This document shows positions 19,236 to 29,569 of a stretch of DNA of 64,000 bases, piece after piece (positions within the stretch are counted from its first letter, which is position 1; each line of letters opens with the position of its first letter). The notes below the pieces were generated by a model. The model made no database searches. It saw only the letters and a program-made list of their open reading frames with translations, and was not told where the DNA came from. This DNA is from Cyclobacteriaceae bacterium. GTDB taxonomy: Bacteria; Bacteroidota; Bacteroidia; Cytophagales; Cyclobacteriaceae. The stretch covers positions 72,317 to 136,316 of the forward strand of contig JAEUTZ010000005.1 of assembly GCA_016787725.1 (NCBI GenBank), in the 5' to 3' direction. The position numbers and the translations under genes were made by a program.

Positions 19236-20168
19236 ATGAAACCATTACCACTGTTCCTTTGCTTGGCGTTTAGCTCCTTTATTACTTATGCTCAGATTCA
19301 AAGCAAAAAAGGAGTAAGTCTTACAAAAAAGAATCTTGACTCCACAAAAATAAAATCGGTATCGCCTATTCAAAGAAAGTATACGGCACCTCAGGCCGAT
19401 CAAGCAAATCAGCCTGTAACTAATACCACTCCGGTTACTACGCCCGTTTATTCAACTGAACTGATCCGGGCCCATCAATGGTGGTCCAGAATAAACCCAA
19501 CCGACTACAGTATTTATGATGCCATCTTCCAGGTAAGTATCCACACAAAGGGAGAAACTACGATTGGTCAGTTTGCGTCAAAAACAAGTATTTCCTTCAA
19601 GGGGATATATAATCCGGATGCCTGGTCTTCCTGGAAGCCCGACAGCCTAATACATCTGCAAGCACTCACACAATTGAAGCAAGTCTATTTAGCTACAACA
19701 TTTATTAATGATGCCTCATTCTACCTCCTGGGCAGAATCCCTTCTTTACGTGCTATTTATTACAATGATGGGATAGGTCAATGCAATGACGGCTTGGAGG
19801 TTACCGATACCGGATTTGCGAACTTACTGCAAAACACCGAACTGGAATACCTTGGATTAAAAAATCTGAAGAAGATTACCGATCAGGGATTCTCTGCAAT
19901 CACGAAATTAAAAAAACTAAAAGTTCTTTATCTATGCTGCTGGAATATCTCGGATGCTGCCTTGCTCTCGCTACAGGGTTGCACCAGTCTGGAAACCCTT
20001 TACCTGATCGGCACAAACATCACTGATGCCGGGCTCAATAACCTGCTATCGATCAAAAACTCACTCCCCAACCTGAAGATGATTTATGTAAATGGCTCTA
20101 AAACTACCCGGCAAGGAGAGCAGAATTTTACCGCCTCCTGGGGAAACCCAATTGGTATCGTCTATTAA
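19236..20168 (+). CDS. Exported leucine-rich-repeat protein
   Basis: Signal peptide; repeated LxxLxL..ITDxG(L/F) units (LEYLGLKNLKKITDQGF, LETLYLIGTNITDAGL). Confidence 0.8.
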   Translation: MKPLPLFLCLAFSSFITYAQIQSKKGVSLTKKNLDSTKIKSVSPIQRKYTAPQADQANQPVTNTTPVTTPVYSTELIRAHQWWSRINPTDYSIYDAIFQVSIHTKGETTIGQFASKTSISFKGIYNPDAWSSWKPDSLIHLQALTQLKQVYLATTFINDASFYLLGRIPSLRAIYYNDGIGQCNDGLEVTDTGFANLLQNTELEYLGLKNLKKITDQGFSAITKLKKLKVLYLCCWNISDAALLSLQGCTSLETLYLIGTNITDAGLNNLLSIKNSLPNLKMIYVNGSKTTRQGEQNFTASWGNPIGIVY

Positions 20169-20187
20169 TCACATCGAATCCTACCTT

Positions 20188-22260
20188 ATGAAAACGACCC
20201 GACTGATTATAGCATTTCTGCTTCTTGGCTTCATCACTCAGGCCCAACAAAAACCCAAAACCAAAGAAAAAGAAAAAGCCCCTACGCAAAGTGAGATTGA
20301 TGCGATGCTAAAGGAGGCGCAGATGGAACTCAATAAAATGAGCCTGGAGGATAAAAAGATGCTCGACAGCATGGGCATAAAAATGCCGGGTATGCGCTCG
20401 CTTCCCAAATTTACGGATCAGCAATATCAGGATGCGATGAACGAAGGAGAATTCACAATCCCGAAAAAGGATCTGGCTCGCATTTCATCTGTGCGATTGA
20501 AACCGATGAGCTCCAGCGAACTCACGTTTTATGTTAAATCAACCGCAACTAAAGTAGAACAGCGCATGGACGCCAAAAAACGTGCGGCCGGTAAAGAAGC
20601 TTATACAGCCGTGAAAGCAAAATACAAGGAGCCCGGAGCCGTATCAACGGCTGCTTCGGTTTATTGGATGATGGGTGTTCTGCAGCCTGCTATTTACCTA
20701 ATGGGTCGTGCCTGTCAGGATGATCCTAACAATCCTGATCACTTGAATAATTATGCCGCCTTCCTAACAATGGCTCGCGCAGAAGATGCCGCCTTACCCA
20801 TTCTGATTAAACTCAACAAAGACTATCCGAAAAACAGCACGATCCATAACAACCTGGGTCATGCCTGGCTGGGGCTTGGTGATGTGGATCGCGCAGAAAA
20901 ATATCTTGACAGCGCCATTGCGTTATTTCCAAATCATTCGCAGGCGAACTTCACGAAAGCTTTGATTGCAAAATCAAGAGGGAATAATACCAGAGCGATA
21001 ACGCTTCTAAAAAAATCTATTGCCCGCGCTTACAGTGCTGATAAGCAATCCGAACTAAAACTACTAGGGTATACACTTACCGGTAAAGATGTGCCCTGGA
21101 ACATGCCCCTGCCGCAAGATGCCCTGGGCCTTTCCAAATTCTCCTGGCCGAGTTATCCAAAAAACATGGATGAAAACAAACGCCTTGAATCGGAGTGGGG
21201 GGACTTTGTAGAGATGTGCAACAAAAGAAAAGCTGAATTGGCTGCACATCGGGGAAAAGCTGACTCAAATTTCAATGATACTTATTCTAAAAATCTACAA
21301 GCGTTAGCCAAGGGTGAAAGCGTAAGAGCATCGATGCTCTCTAAAAAAGCATCCATTCAATTGGACTATATCATGTCTAACACCGAGGGTTCACTAATGA
21401 ATATTCTGAAACGGGAAGAAGAAGCACTGCAAGATGCTGTCAAGAATATTACGGAGCTGGAGGAAATCAGGGATCAGGAATTGCAAATGGTGCATAAAAA
21501 ATTCGAGCTGCTTATGGGTGAAGGTAAACCGAATCCGTTTAAAGATTATTGTGCTGCATTAACGTCTGTTCGAAATAACTTTCTCTCTTCGGCTAATTCG
21601 TTACTGGAATCCAGATATAAATCCTACCTAAGGGCTTTGGAAAGAGTGATGAATGAAAGAGCCTATTATATTCAGTACACGTTACCTGATGATGCGGTTG
21701 AGGGCTGGAAACTCAACGAAAAAGCAAAGTGGCTTGGCTATATCTCATCCGCTCATCCTGTACGGTTTGAGCCGGACGATGGAGTGTGTAAACTAGTTCC
21801 TCCTCAAAAGAATGCTGTCGTTAAATTGGCTGAATTCGAAGACCTGCACTGCCCAAACGTAGTTGAACTAAGTGTTCCTCCGATTATCAGTTGGCGGATG
21901 GCCTGCGGAAAATCGCATTATGAAGGTGGTGCAGGTCCCATTAACTTCTCGCTTGACTATCATGACTGGAAAGAGGAAATCATCCGGGGGTCAATAGAGA
22001 TTGGTGCCTCTGAAAGTATTGGGGTATCATCGGGCCCATTAAAAGCCGAGTTGGAAGGAAAGCTCGCGGGTTTTATTGAGTTCGACAAAGAAGGAATTAC
22101 CGATGTGGGAATAATAGCCGGTGTGGAAGCAAAAGCGGGTGTGGAAATAAAAACCGGAAGTGAGGAGATTGAATCGGTTGGAGGAGAAATGATTAGTGTG
22201 GGTGTAACCAGTCGCATTGGTTGGAACAGTGGTGGCTCAGTAACTGTATTTAATAATTAA
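20188..22260 (+). CDS. Exported TPR-containing hypothetical protein
   Basis: Signal peptide MKTTRLIIAFLLLGFITQA (start moved from 20092); TPRs (HNNLGHAWLGLGDVDRAEKYLDSAIALFPN); helical middle; Gly-rich beta C-terminus. Confidence 0.75.
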   Translation: MKTTRLIIAFLLLGFITQAQQKPKTKEKEKAPTQSEIDAMLKEAQMELNKMSLEDKKMLDSMGIKMPGMRSLPKFTDQQYQDAMNEGEFTIPKKDLARISSVRLKPMSSSELTFYVKSTATKVEQRMDAKKRAAGKEAYTAVKAKYKEPGAVSTAASVYWMMGVLQPAIYLMGRACQDDPNNPDHLNNYAAFLTMARAEDAALPILIKLNKDYPKNSTIHNNLGHAWLGLGDVDRAEKYLDSAIALFPNHSQANFTKALIAKSRGNNTRAITLLKKSIARAYSADKQSELKLLGYTLTGKDVPWNMPLPQDALGLSKFSWPSYPKNMDENKRLESEWGDFVEMCNKRKAELAAHRGKADSNFNDTYSKNLQALAKGESVRASMLSKKASIQLDYIMSNTEGSLMNILKREEEALQDAVKNITELEEIRDQELQMVHKKFELLMGEGKPNPFKDYCAALTSVRNNFLSSANSLLESRYKSYLRALERVMNERAYYIQYTLPDDAVEGWKLNEKAKWLGYISSAHPVRFEPDDGVCKLVPPQKNAVVKLAEFEDLHCPNVVELSVPPIISWRMACGKSHYEGGAGPINFSLDYHDWKEEIIRGSIEIGASESIGVSSGPLKAELEGKLAGFIEFDKEGITDVGIIAGVEAKAGVEIKTGSEEIESVGGEMISVGVTSRIGWNSGGSVTVFNN

Positions 22261-22264
22261 AAAC

Positions 22265-23386
22265 ATGAAAGCATTTATCCTGACAATCCTTGCACAGCTT
22301 TGCTTGTTGGCACTTGCCGCAGCCCAACCTTGTGATTTGCCCACCCTGCTCAAACAACCTGGGTATTGGGAAGAAGAACAAAATCCTGCCCGCCCCAGCA
22401 TTGCGGCCGCTGACCTGGCCAGACAGCGCACGGTAATCAGCAACATTGTGCAACTTCCTAAAAAGAAATACGCACCGAAAGGAGTGGACGTTTATTTCCA
22501 CAGTGCATTTTTCGATGCGTCCCGGGTACCCCTCAAGGTGAATACCGGCAATTACTATACTGTTGATTTTACTTTCGCAAAACATGATTGCCCGTACAAC
22601 AAAGCAAAGATTCTTGAAAAACTGAGCGAGGGTCGCGAACTCGAGGTTGTTCGCATTCATATCAATGACTTTGCTTTTACCTTTGGTCAAAGCTTCTTTG
22701 TCCCCAGTGAACCCTACCAGGAGAATCCTATGACCGATGCGTTTGCCTTGGTTGATGATTTGGCCGTTAAGGACGGTGTTGCCTGGTACTGGGGTAAAGG
22801 TACAGGCGGAAGGACAGGTGACAAAGAACAGTATTGGCTGATCACGCTGGATGGAAAACTTCCCTTCTATTACGTCTCTCAAAAAGAATTTGCCGGCAAT
22901 CTGAAAGTCTACTATGAGAAAAAAATTAAAGAAGCAGAAACCAATTATGCGAATAACCTAAAAACCGCTGAGGAAACATATAAACAATTGAAGAGTATTA
23001 ATGCTGCTGAGGCCAATAAGCTTAAGGAACAAAGTGCAGCGCAATACAAAAAACAACTGGAGATTGATAAGGGACAGTACACTAAAAACCTGGCCGTGGC
23101 GAATAAGATTCTTCAATCTGATGAAAAAACGTTAAGCGCACCCGCCATCATTGATCGCATAAAGGGATATTTTGATTTTCAAGGATTTGTTGCTGCCGAT
23201 CATATTTATTCAAGTTATGTGATCCGGCCTAATCCAGCCTACTTCAACGCTAAGTTGCCAAAGTCATCGCCACAGTTCATGTCGCTTTATTTTGATATTC
23301 CCAATGAACCCATCTTTAAGATGGCGAATACGGAATTTCTAAAAGCACTTGATTTTTCAGCCTTGCAGGCATTGCTCGGTAAATAA
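22265..23386 (+). CDS. Exported hypothetical protein with central coiled coil
   Basis: Signal peptide ending AAA-Q; K/E/Q-rich helical segment; 4 nt after the previous stop. Confidence 0.7.
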   Translation: MKAFILTILAQLCLLALAAAQPCDLPTLLKQPGYWEEEQNPARPSIAAADLARQRTVISNIVQLPKKKYAPKGVDVYFHSAFFDASRVPLKVNTGNYYTVDFTFAKHDCPYNKAKILEKLSEGRELEVVRIHINDFAFTFGQSFFVPSEPYQENPMTDAFALVDDLAVKDGVAWYWGKGTGGRTGDKEQYWLITLDGKLPFYYVSQKEFAGNLKVYYEKKIKEAETNYANNLKTAEETYKQLKSINAAEANKLKEQSAAQYKKQLEIDKGQYTKNLAVANKILQSDEKTLSAPAIIDRIKGYFDFQGFVAADHIYSSYVIRPNPAYFNAKLPKSSPQFMSLYFDIPNEPIFKMANTEFLKALDFSALQALLGK

Positions 23387-23419
23387 AATAATCGGGACAT
23401 ACTAACTCAATTAATTCTT

Positions 23420-24769
23420 ATGAAAAGCTCTTCTTCTCTGTTAACCGCTGCCTTCGTTGTTCTCGGCCCGGTTATGCTGTTAGGTCAGGTTAGAGAACAC
23501 TTTGATATGGTCTCTTATTTGTCCCCGCGAGGCTGGAAAAAAGAAACCAATAATGCTGTTGTTTCGTATGTGATCACCAATTCCAAAACGGGTGAGTGGT
23601 GCCGCATTTCTGTCTTCAGAAGTATGGGCAGCAGTGGCGATCTGACCGCAGACTTTGATCATGAGTGGAATGAACTGGTTGCCAAGACCCATGATGGAAT
23701 TGCGAAACCCACACCAGAAGTGGTACCGCAAGGCGGCTGGACAGTACAGTCCGGTGCCGGCAACTTTACGTGGCAGAACCGTCAATCCATTATTCTGTTG
23801 AATGTGATATCCGGCTTTGGTCGTGTAGCCAGCATTACCGTAAGCATGAACGGAAGGGAGTTCAAAACACAAGCCGAAGAGTTTCTGGATTCAATTGAAA
23901 TGCAGAAACCGGAAGGCTACGCTGACCCCATGATTGCTGAACCTCCACTACCAACGGGTCTCAATGATAGTGGCATCACCAAGTCCACCACCCACTTTGA
24001 CGATGGCTGGACTGCCGTAGTGCAGAATGATCACATTGTGTTGACCAAAGAAAACACCCGGTATTACAGCTACTATGGTATTCCCGGATATAATTCCGGT
24101 GGCGAAAAAGAAACAACACAATATCACTGGAACCGGTTGGTAGAGCCTCGGTACACAATCACCAACTTGTGGCTAAATCCGGATGTCCAAAGCATCGGCT
24201 ACTTTAATTACTATGCGGAAGGTACCGGCATCGACAAGCGCACCGGAAATAATGTATTCATTGGGTTTCGGGTAATTATAGAAAGTGGGGTTGATTTTTG
24301 TACCCTCGCAGCATCACCCTCAAAAGAAGAATACCTCCGGCATTTCCCGAATCTGGATGCGTTGAAGATCATGCGCAATGCCAATCGGTTTGCCGTAACC
24401 AAAGAAGATCTTCTCGGGGATTGGAGCAGTTCCAGTTCCTCGGCTCTTCAATATTATAACGTGTACACCGGGCAAAGCGCAGGGATGCAGTTCAGTCAGG
24501 GAGGCCAGGAATTCTATTTCCGGAGTAATGGAGAATACAATGCAAACATTTCCGGAGCGATGGGCACGATGGGTGGCCCGCAGGTTGTGTTTGACAACAA
24601 GTACAAAGGAAATTTTTCGGTAACCGACTGGGAGATTACCATGACCGGTTATGGTGGCATAACCCAGGTGTTCACCGCTTATTTTGAAGCCTTGCAAGGT
24701 GGCCGCGTTTTACACATTGCTAAAAAAGATGCACCGGGAGTGCATTATCCCCTTATAAAAGTGAAATGA
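23420..24769 (+). CDS. Exported multi-domain hypothetical protein
   Basis: Signal peptide; recurring GW-initiated modules (PRGWKKE, QGGWTVQ, DDGWTAV); lipocalin-like end (LLGDWS...FRSNGEY). Confidence 0.7.
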   Translation: MKSSSSLLTAAFVVLGPVMLLGQVREHFDMVSYLSPRGWKKETNNAVVSYVITNSKTGEWCRISVFRSMGSSGDLTADFDHEWNELVAKTHDGIAKPTPEVVPQGGWTVQSGAGNFTWQNRQSIILLNVISGFGRVASITVSMNGREFKTQAEEFLDSIEMQKPEGYADPMIAEPPLPTGLNDSGITKSTTHFDDGWTAVVQNDHIVLTKENTRYYSYYGIPGYNSGGEKETTQYHWNRLVEPRYTITNLWLNPDVQSIGYFNYYAEGTGIDKRTGNNVFIGFRVIIESGVDFCTLAASPSKEEYLRHFPNLDALKIMRNANRFAVTKEDLLGDWSSSSSSALQYYNVYTGQSAGMQFSQGGQEFYFRSNGEYNANISGAMGTMGGPQVVFDNKYKGNFSVTDWEITMTGYGGITQVFTAYFEALQGGRVLHIAKKDAPGVHYPLIKVK

Positions 24770-24788
24770 TCGATCAAACCCAATCTCT

Positions 24789-25352
24789 ATGAAAACTTCA
24801 TCCTAGTTACTGGGGCTGGCCAGCGCGTTGCTGCGCTCCTCTTGTTCGCAAAAAGAAAATTCTCAATCAATAACCATCAACAATATGGAAATCAAAGACG
24901 GTGAAATCGTAAGTGATGATGATACCAAGGGTGCCAAATCCGATTATCTGAATACCCAATTGGAAACCGTGTATGAGAACCTGGTTCCTGGCAAAATCTA
25001 CATCGTTGATGAAAGTGATAACCCGATGAATGGAACAGAAGTTAAACTGAACACAAAGTTCTCGATCATTTTTGAAGGCCTAAAAGGCTACACGGTACAA
25101 AATGGGAAAGCACACCCCAAGTTTAGCATGTTTGTAAACGGGGATGGTGGAATTATTGTGAATGAAATGGATTTGTTTGCGAACAATCCGGATGGCTTTT
25201 CGGAAGCCGATGCCTCGGTATTGCGGGGTACCGTAACGGTGGGTGAGCCCATGAAGCCGGAACAGCAATATGTTTGCACGATGAACATTGCTGATAAAAA
25301 CAACCCGGACGGTTACATCATGGCTACCTGGATATTTCAGGTTGTAGAATAA
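24789..25352 (+). pseudogene. Hypothetical lipoprotein gene with in-frame TAG in the signal peptide
   Basis: ATG 24789 is in frame with ORF 24828-25352: MKTSS*LLGLASALLRSSC-SQKE; TAG at 24804-24806. Confidence 0.55.
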
Positions 25353-27680
25353 TCAAAAATGAAAACCGATGTTCAAAAACCAACGCACCTTGCCTATCTG
25401 TGCGTCTTCTGATACCGTAACCGACACGGGGCCGAGCAACGACATATAAGCGGCTGATATCCCGTAGCCAACCTGGTAGAAAGCCTGGTCGCGCAATTCT
25501 GAAGCAAAATCAAACTTGCCGAGTGTCTGCCAATAGTCGGATGAATCGTACCCCGCGGCCAATAAGTTCACAGAAGGAATAAGGTATATATTTTTTGCAA
25601 GTGAGACTTGGAGTTGAACCCCCGCCATCATGATTTGAGGTACTGCGATCTCAGCTTCTTTCAATCCGGTAAAGGTAAAACTGTTGCCCCGCGGTCGATT
25701 TAGTTGTCCGCCTACCGTAATGAAATCTCCGGCTGCCAGGTTATAGGCCGAGAACCGGCTGTCGCTATCCGATATTTCCTGGGTAAGCCCTGCCTGCGCC
25801 TGTAATTGCAAGGTTACCGTTCCCGTTAACGGTACATTTCTTTGCGTGCGCAGGTTGAATCGCAGATAATTCTGAACATGGCCTTTCACTGCATATTCAA
25901 AGACTGTATCGAGTGTATTGACATATAATTGGGCTTCCATCGGGTTACTGAAATTAGCCGTTGCTTCGGCTCGCAGTATCCAACCTTTCGATGGAAAATA
26001 CACGCGATCAAATGTGTTAACCTGATATTGCGCCCGAACCCCCAGGTTCTTCAAGGTGTATTCAATGATCTCCAGACTCCGGGGTTCATTTTCCGTGCGC
26101 GGATCTATTTTGGGTTTCAAATGATTCCATTGCCAGAAGGCGCCTAATCCCCAGTAACTTTTTTGGTCAAGCGAATAGTTCAGGTTGGTTGTAGCTGAAA
26201 CATGGTTGCTGATCACATCGGGTATCGGTGTTCCATCTACAAATGAATTCATCCCTACATTCTCGGCATACAATTCGGTTTGATGCCACCAGCGCGATCT
26301 TTTTCCGAGATAGTAAAAGTAATTGACGCGAGCCCGCGGTGTTTCCGCCAGACTAAGTGTGGTAAGAAACCGGGAAGAAGGTAACCCCAAATTGCGTCTG
26401 GTGAAATTCAGAATAAGACCTGCACCCCGGTCGGTATCGTAATGAATCGCAAACTTAACTGCATTGCTGGGCTTTTGTGCTGCCCGAATGGTAAGAGTAG
26501 ATTGCAGCGAGTCGCCATCAATCGAATAGGACACTTTATTGAATAACCGGGTGCCCATGAGCTTGTGAACACTCGTACCAATCTGATCGTAACTTACCTG
26601 GTCGCCTGTCTTCCATCCAAATTTTTCCAAGACCAGATTTTTATTGGCATCGCTAACACCCTCTGTCAAGACCTCGCTCAACCGGTATCGATTATCCACT
26701 TTAGTAATTTGCTTAACTTTTCTAACCGGGTATTTCTCCATCTGACGCGCCAGGTTCACTAGTTGCGGCATGATCTCTCTTACAGCCGCATTACCACTTT
26801 GCATCATAGCGGGTCCTTCTTCAAAATCCATAGTACCGTATCTCAGGTACTTGACCACGTCAATGAAGATGTCACTCTTTTCTTTCTCCTGCTGATAGCT
26901 GATGTTGCCGGCTAAAAAAGTAGTTTGCACCAACAGGGTGGCGGCCGAGGTAAGCTCTTCTTCTTTATATAAACCACCCCCCACATCTACGGCAATAATA
27001 AAATCGGCTCCCATTTCCCGACAGTAAGTTACCGGCAGGTTTACGTATACGCCTCCATCCACCAATAACTTTCCATCAATGCGCACAGGAGCAAATACCG
27101 TGGGGATGGACATGCTGGCCCGCACCGCAGTGGCCAGGCTGCCTTTATTAAGAATGACCGGCTGTCCTTTTACAATGTCGGCTGCCACACAAAGGAAGGA
27201 GGTTGGCAATTTGTTGAAATCGGTGATGGTGCTCACAGGAAAAAATAGCCGCGTCAGCAGCTCTTCAATTTGTTGACCCTCTACCACGCCTAACGGAAAC
27301 TGAGGCTTAAGACCTTCCAATGGCAGTTCATAAATATACCTGCCAAATTCATCTTTCTCTTCAATGTTTATCTCATCAAATGATACGGAGTTGGAAAACA
27401 TGGGCTCCCAATTAATAGCGTGGGTGATCGAATCAATTTGGTGTGCCGAATAGCCAGATGCATACAATGCCCCCACAATGGAACCCATGCTGGTTCCGGC
27501 TATATAATCCGGTACAATGCCCAGTGAATCCAACACCTGTAAAACCCTGATATGAGCAATGCCTTTGGCCCCGCCACCACTAAGTACCAGTCCGATTTTT
27601 GGGCGCGATTGCTGAGCAAGTCCTGCCTCAAAATACAACAAAAAAATTACGGGCAACAGCCACCGTATTATTCTGCTCAT
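25353..27680 (-). CDS. Patatin-like phospholipase with POTRA-like and beta-barrel domains (PlpD-like)
   Basis: Signal peptide MSRIIRWLL; SGGGAKG, GTSMG nucleophile and VDGG motifs; barrel strands ending WFLNIGFHF. Confidence 0.85.
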   Translation of the reverse strand: MSRIIRWLLPVIFLLYFEAGLAQQSRPKIGLVLSGGGAKGIAHIRVLQVLDSLGIVPDYIAGTSMGSIVGALYASGYSAHQIDSITHAINWEPMFSNSVSFDEINIEEKDEFGRYIYELPLEGLKPQFPLGVVEGQQIEELLTRLFFPVSTITDFNKLPTSFLCVAADIVKGQPVILNKGSLATAVRASMSIPTVFAPVRIDGKLLVDGGVYVNLPVTYCREMGADFIIAVDVGGGLYKEEELTSAATLLVQTTFLAGNISYQQEKEKSDIFIDVVKYLRYGTMDFEEGPAMMQSGNAAVREIMPQLVNLARQMEKYPVRKVKQITKVDNRYRLSEVLTEGVSDANKNLVLEKFGWKTGDQVSYDQIGTSVHKLMGTRLFNKVSYSIDGDSLQSTLTIRAAQKPSNAVKFAIHYDTDRGAGLILNFTRRNLGLPSSRFLTTLSLAETPRARVNYFYYLGKRSRWWHQTELYAENVGMNSFVDGTPIPDVISNHVSATTNLNYSLDQKSYWGLGAFWQWNHLKPKIDPRTENEPRSLEIIEYTLKNLGVRAQYQVNTFDRVYFPSKGWILRAEATANFSNPMEAQLYVNTLDTVFEYAVKGHVQNYLRFNLRTQRNVPLTGTVTLQLQAQAGLTQEISDSDSRFSAYNLAAGDFITVGGQLNRPRGNSFTFTGLKEAEIAVPQIMMAGVQLQVSLAKNIYLIPSVNLLAAGYDSSDYWQTLGKFDFASELRDQAFYQVGYGISAAYMSLLGPVSVTVSEDAQIGKVRWFLNIGFHF

Positions 27681-27822
27681 ATCTAAATGCAGACAAAGAT
27701 AAGTTGTAAAGCCAACTTTAGCGCAGGGCCCCTTCATCTTACATTTCTAAAACCATTGCCACGAAAACACTTTTCTTTTATCTCATTTATCACTAACTAG
27801 AAAAACACTTAACCTGAACACC

Positions 27823-29469
27823 ATGAATGCCAGCACTCCTCTGCAGCAATTCCTGAAGTGGGAAAAGGAAATCCCACAACAACTTTTTGTCCGGCAACCA
27901 TTTAACGGTCAATGGAAAACCTGGACCTACCAACAGGCAGGAAACGAAATAAGGCGCATTGCCACCGGGCTTAAGTCGCTTAACTTCCAGGCCGGAAGTA
28001 ACATTGCTCTGATCTCCAAAAACTGCGCGCATTGGGTAATGGCCGATCTGGCCATCATGATGGCCGGTCATGTTTCTGTTCCACTCTACGCTACCTTAAC
28101 TGCGGCTTCCATTCAACAAATTCTGGAGCACAGCGAATCCAAACTGATCATCGTTGGAAAACTGGATAACTATGCTGCACAAAAACCGGGCATACCGGCA
28201 TCGGTGGCAACCTTGGGTATGGAAGCCTATGGTACGATGGAAACGCATACCTGGGAAAAATGGACAGCCCAATTTGAACCCATTCAGCAACCTCATGTTT
28301 GGAAGAGCAATGACTTGCTTACGATTATGTACACTTCGGGTACCACGGGTAAGCCAAAAGGCGTGATGCACCAGGTATCTGCTTTTGATACTACGGTACA
28401 ACAAGGAACTAAAGAGTTGGGCATTCAGATGCACCCATACATATTCTCCTACCTACCCATGAGTCATATTGCCGAACGCATGGGTATTGAAATGATGGGC
28501 ATTTACCAGGGCGGTACTTTTTCCTTTCCGGAGACCTTAGAGTCGTTTCCAAAAAATCTGGCCGACACCCAGCCCACGCACTTCTTTGCCGTGCCGCGCA
28601 TCTGGGCCAAGTTTCAAGAAAAAATTCTGGAGAAGTTGCCTCAGAAAAAACTAAATACGCTGCTGGCCATTCCGCTGGTAAGCACTTTGATTAAAAACAA
28701 AATCAAAAAAGGACTGGGCCTTTCCCGCGCAAAACAAATCTTTAGCGGAGCCGCTCCTATTTCAGTTGATTTGCTGAAATGGTTTGATTCCATTGGGGTG
28801 CGCATTCTTCAAGCCTATGGTATGACCGAGGATTGTGTCTATGCGCACTTCAATCGCAACGATGCCAACCGGCATGGGACGGTGGGGAAACCCCTGCAAG
28901 GGTTGCAAGTAAAAATTTCAGGCGAAGGAGAGATCCGTGTTAAATGCCCCGGCCTAACCCTGGGATACTACAAAGAGCCGGAACTGACGAAAGAACTATT
29001 TGACGAAGAAGGTTACCTCAAAACGGGAGACCAGGGTGAGATTTCCCCTGACGGCTTTTTGAAAATTACTGGTCGGGTGAAAGATCAGTTTAAAACCGAC
29101 AAAGGCAAATACATCGCGCCCACACCTATCGAAATGAAATTACTCAGTAATCCGGATATTGAACAAGTGTGTGTGGTGGGGATGGGAATTCCACAACCGA
29201 TCGCGTTAACCGTACTTTCAGCAGCAGGAAAAGCAAAATCAAAAGATGATTTGATCAAAAGTCTGACCACGTCTCTCGAACTGGTCAATCCCTCGCTGGA
29301 AACCTATGAAAAGCTCGAAAAGATGGTGGTGATGAATGGGGATTGGACGGTTGAAAACGGATTGCTTACTCCCACGATGAAAGTGAAACGCAACGAAGTG
29401 GAAAAGATCCATTTGCCGAAATATCCAGGCTGGTATCATACGCAACCGGGCACGGTGGTCTGGGAGTGA
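27823..29469 (+). CDS. Long-chain fatty acid-CoA ligase (AMP-binding)
   Basis: YTSGTTGKPKG, YLPMSHIAER, AYGMTE, TGDQG and ITGRVKDQFKTDKGKYIAP motifs. Confidence 0.9.
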   Translation: MNASTPLQQFLKWEKEIPQQLFVRQPFNGQWKTWTYQQAGNEIRRIATGLKSLNFQAGSNIALISKNCAHWVMADLAIMMAGHVSVPLYATLTAASIQQILEHSESKLIIVGKLDNYAAQKPGIPASVATLGMEAYGTMETHTWEKWTAQFEPIQQPHVWKSNDLLTIMYTSGTTGKPKGVMHQVSAFDTTVQQGTKELGIQMHPYIFSYLPMSHIAERMGIEMMGIYQGGTFSFPETLESFPKNLADTQPTHFFAVPRIWAKFQEKILEKLPQKKLNTLLAIPLVSTLIKNKIKKGLGLSRAKQIFSGAAPISVDLLKWFDSIGVRILQAYGMTEDCVYAHFNRNDANRHGTVGKPLQGLQVKISGEGEIRVKCPGLTLGYYKEPELTKELFDEEGYLKTGDQGEISPDGFLKITGRVKDQFKTDKGKYIAPTPIEMKLLSNPDIEQVCVVGMGIPQPIALTVLSAAGKAKSKDDLIKSLTTSLELVNPSLETYEKLEKMVVMNGDWTVENGLLTPTMKVKRNEVEKIHLPKYPGWYHTQPGTVVWE

Positions 29470-29569
29470 TATAAGTCATCCTTCTGGTTGATCTGGCTCA
29501 TAGTCTGAGATTATAGACGAACTACCTTTAAGCAAAAGAAGGTGCTTGATTCTAAAAAATTTCTTGGCT

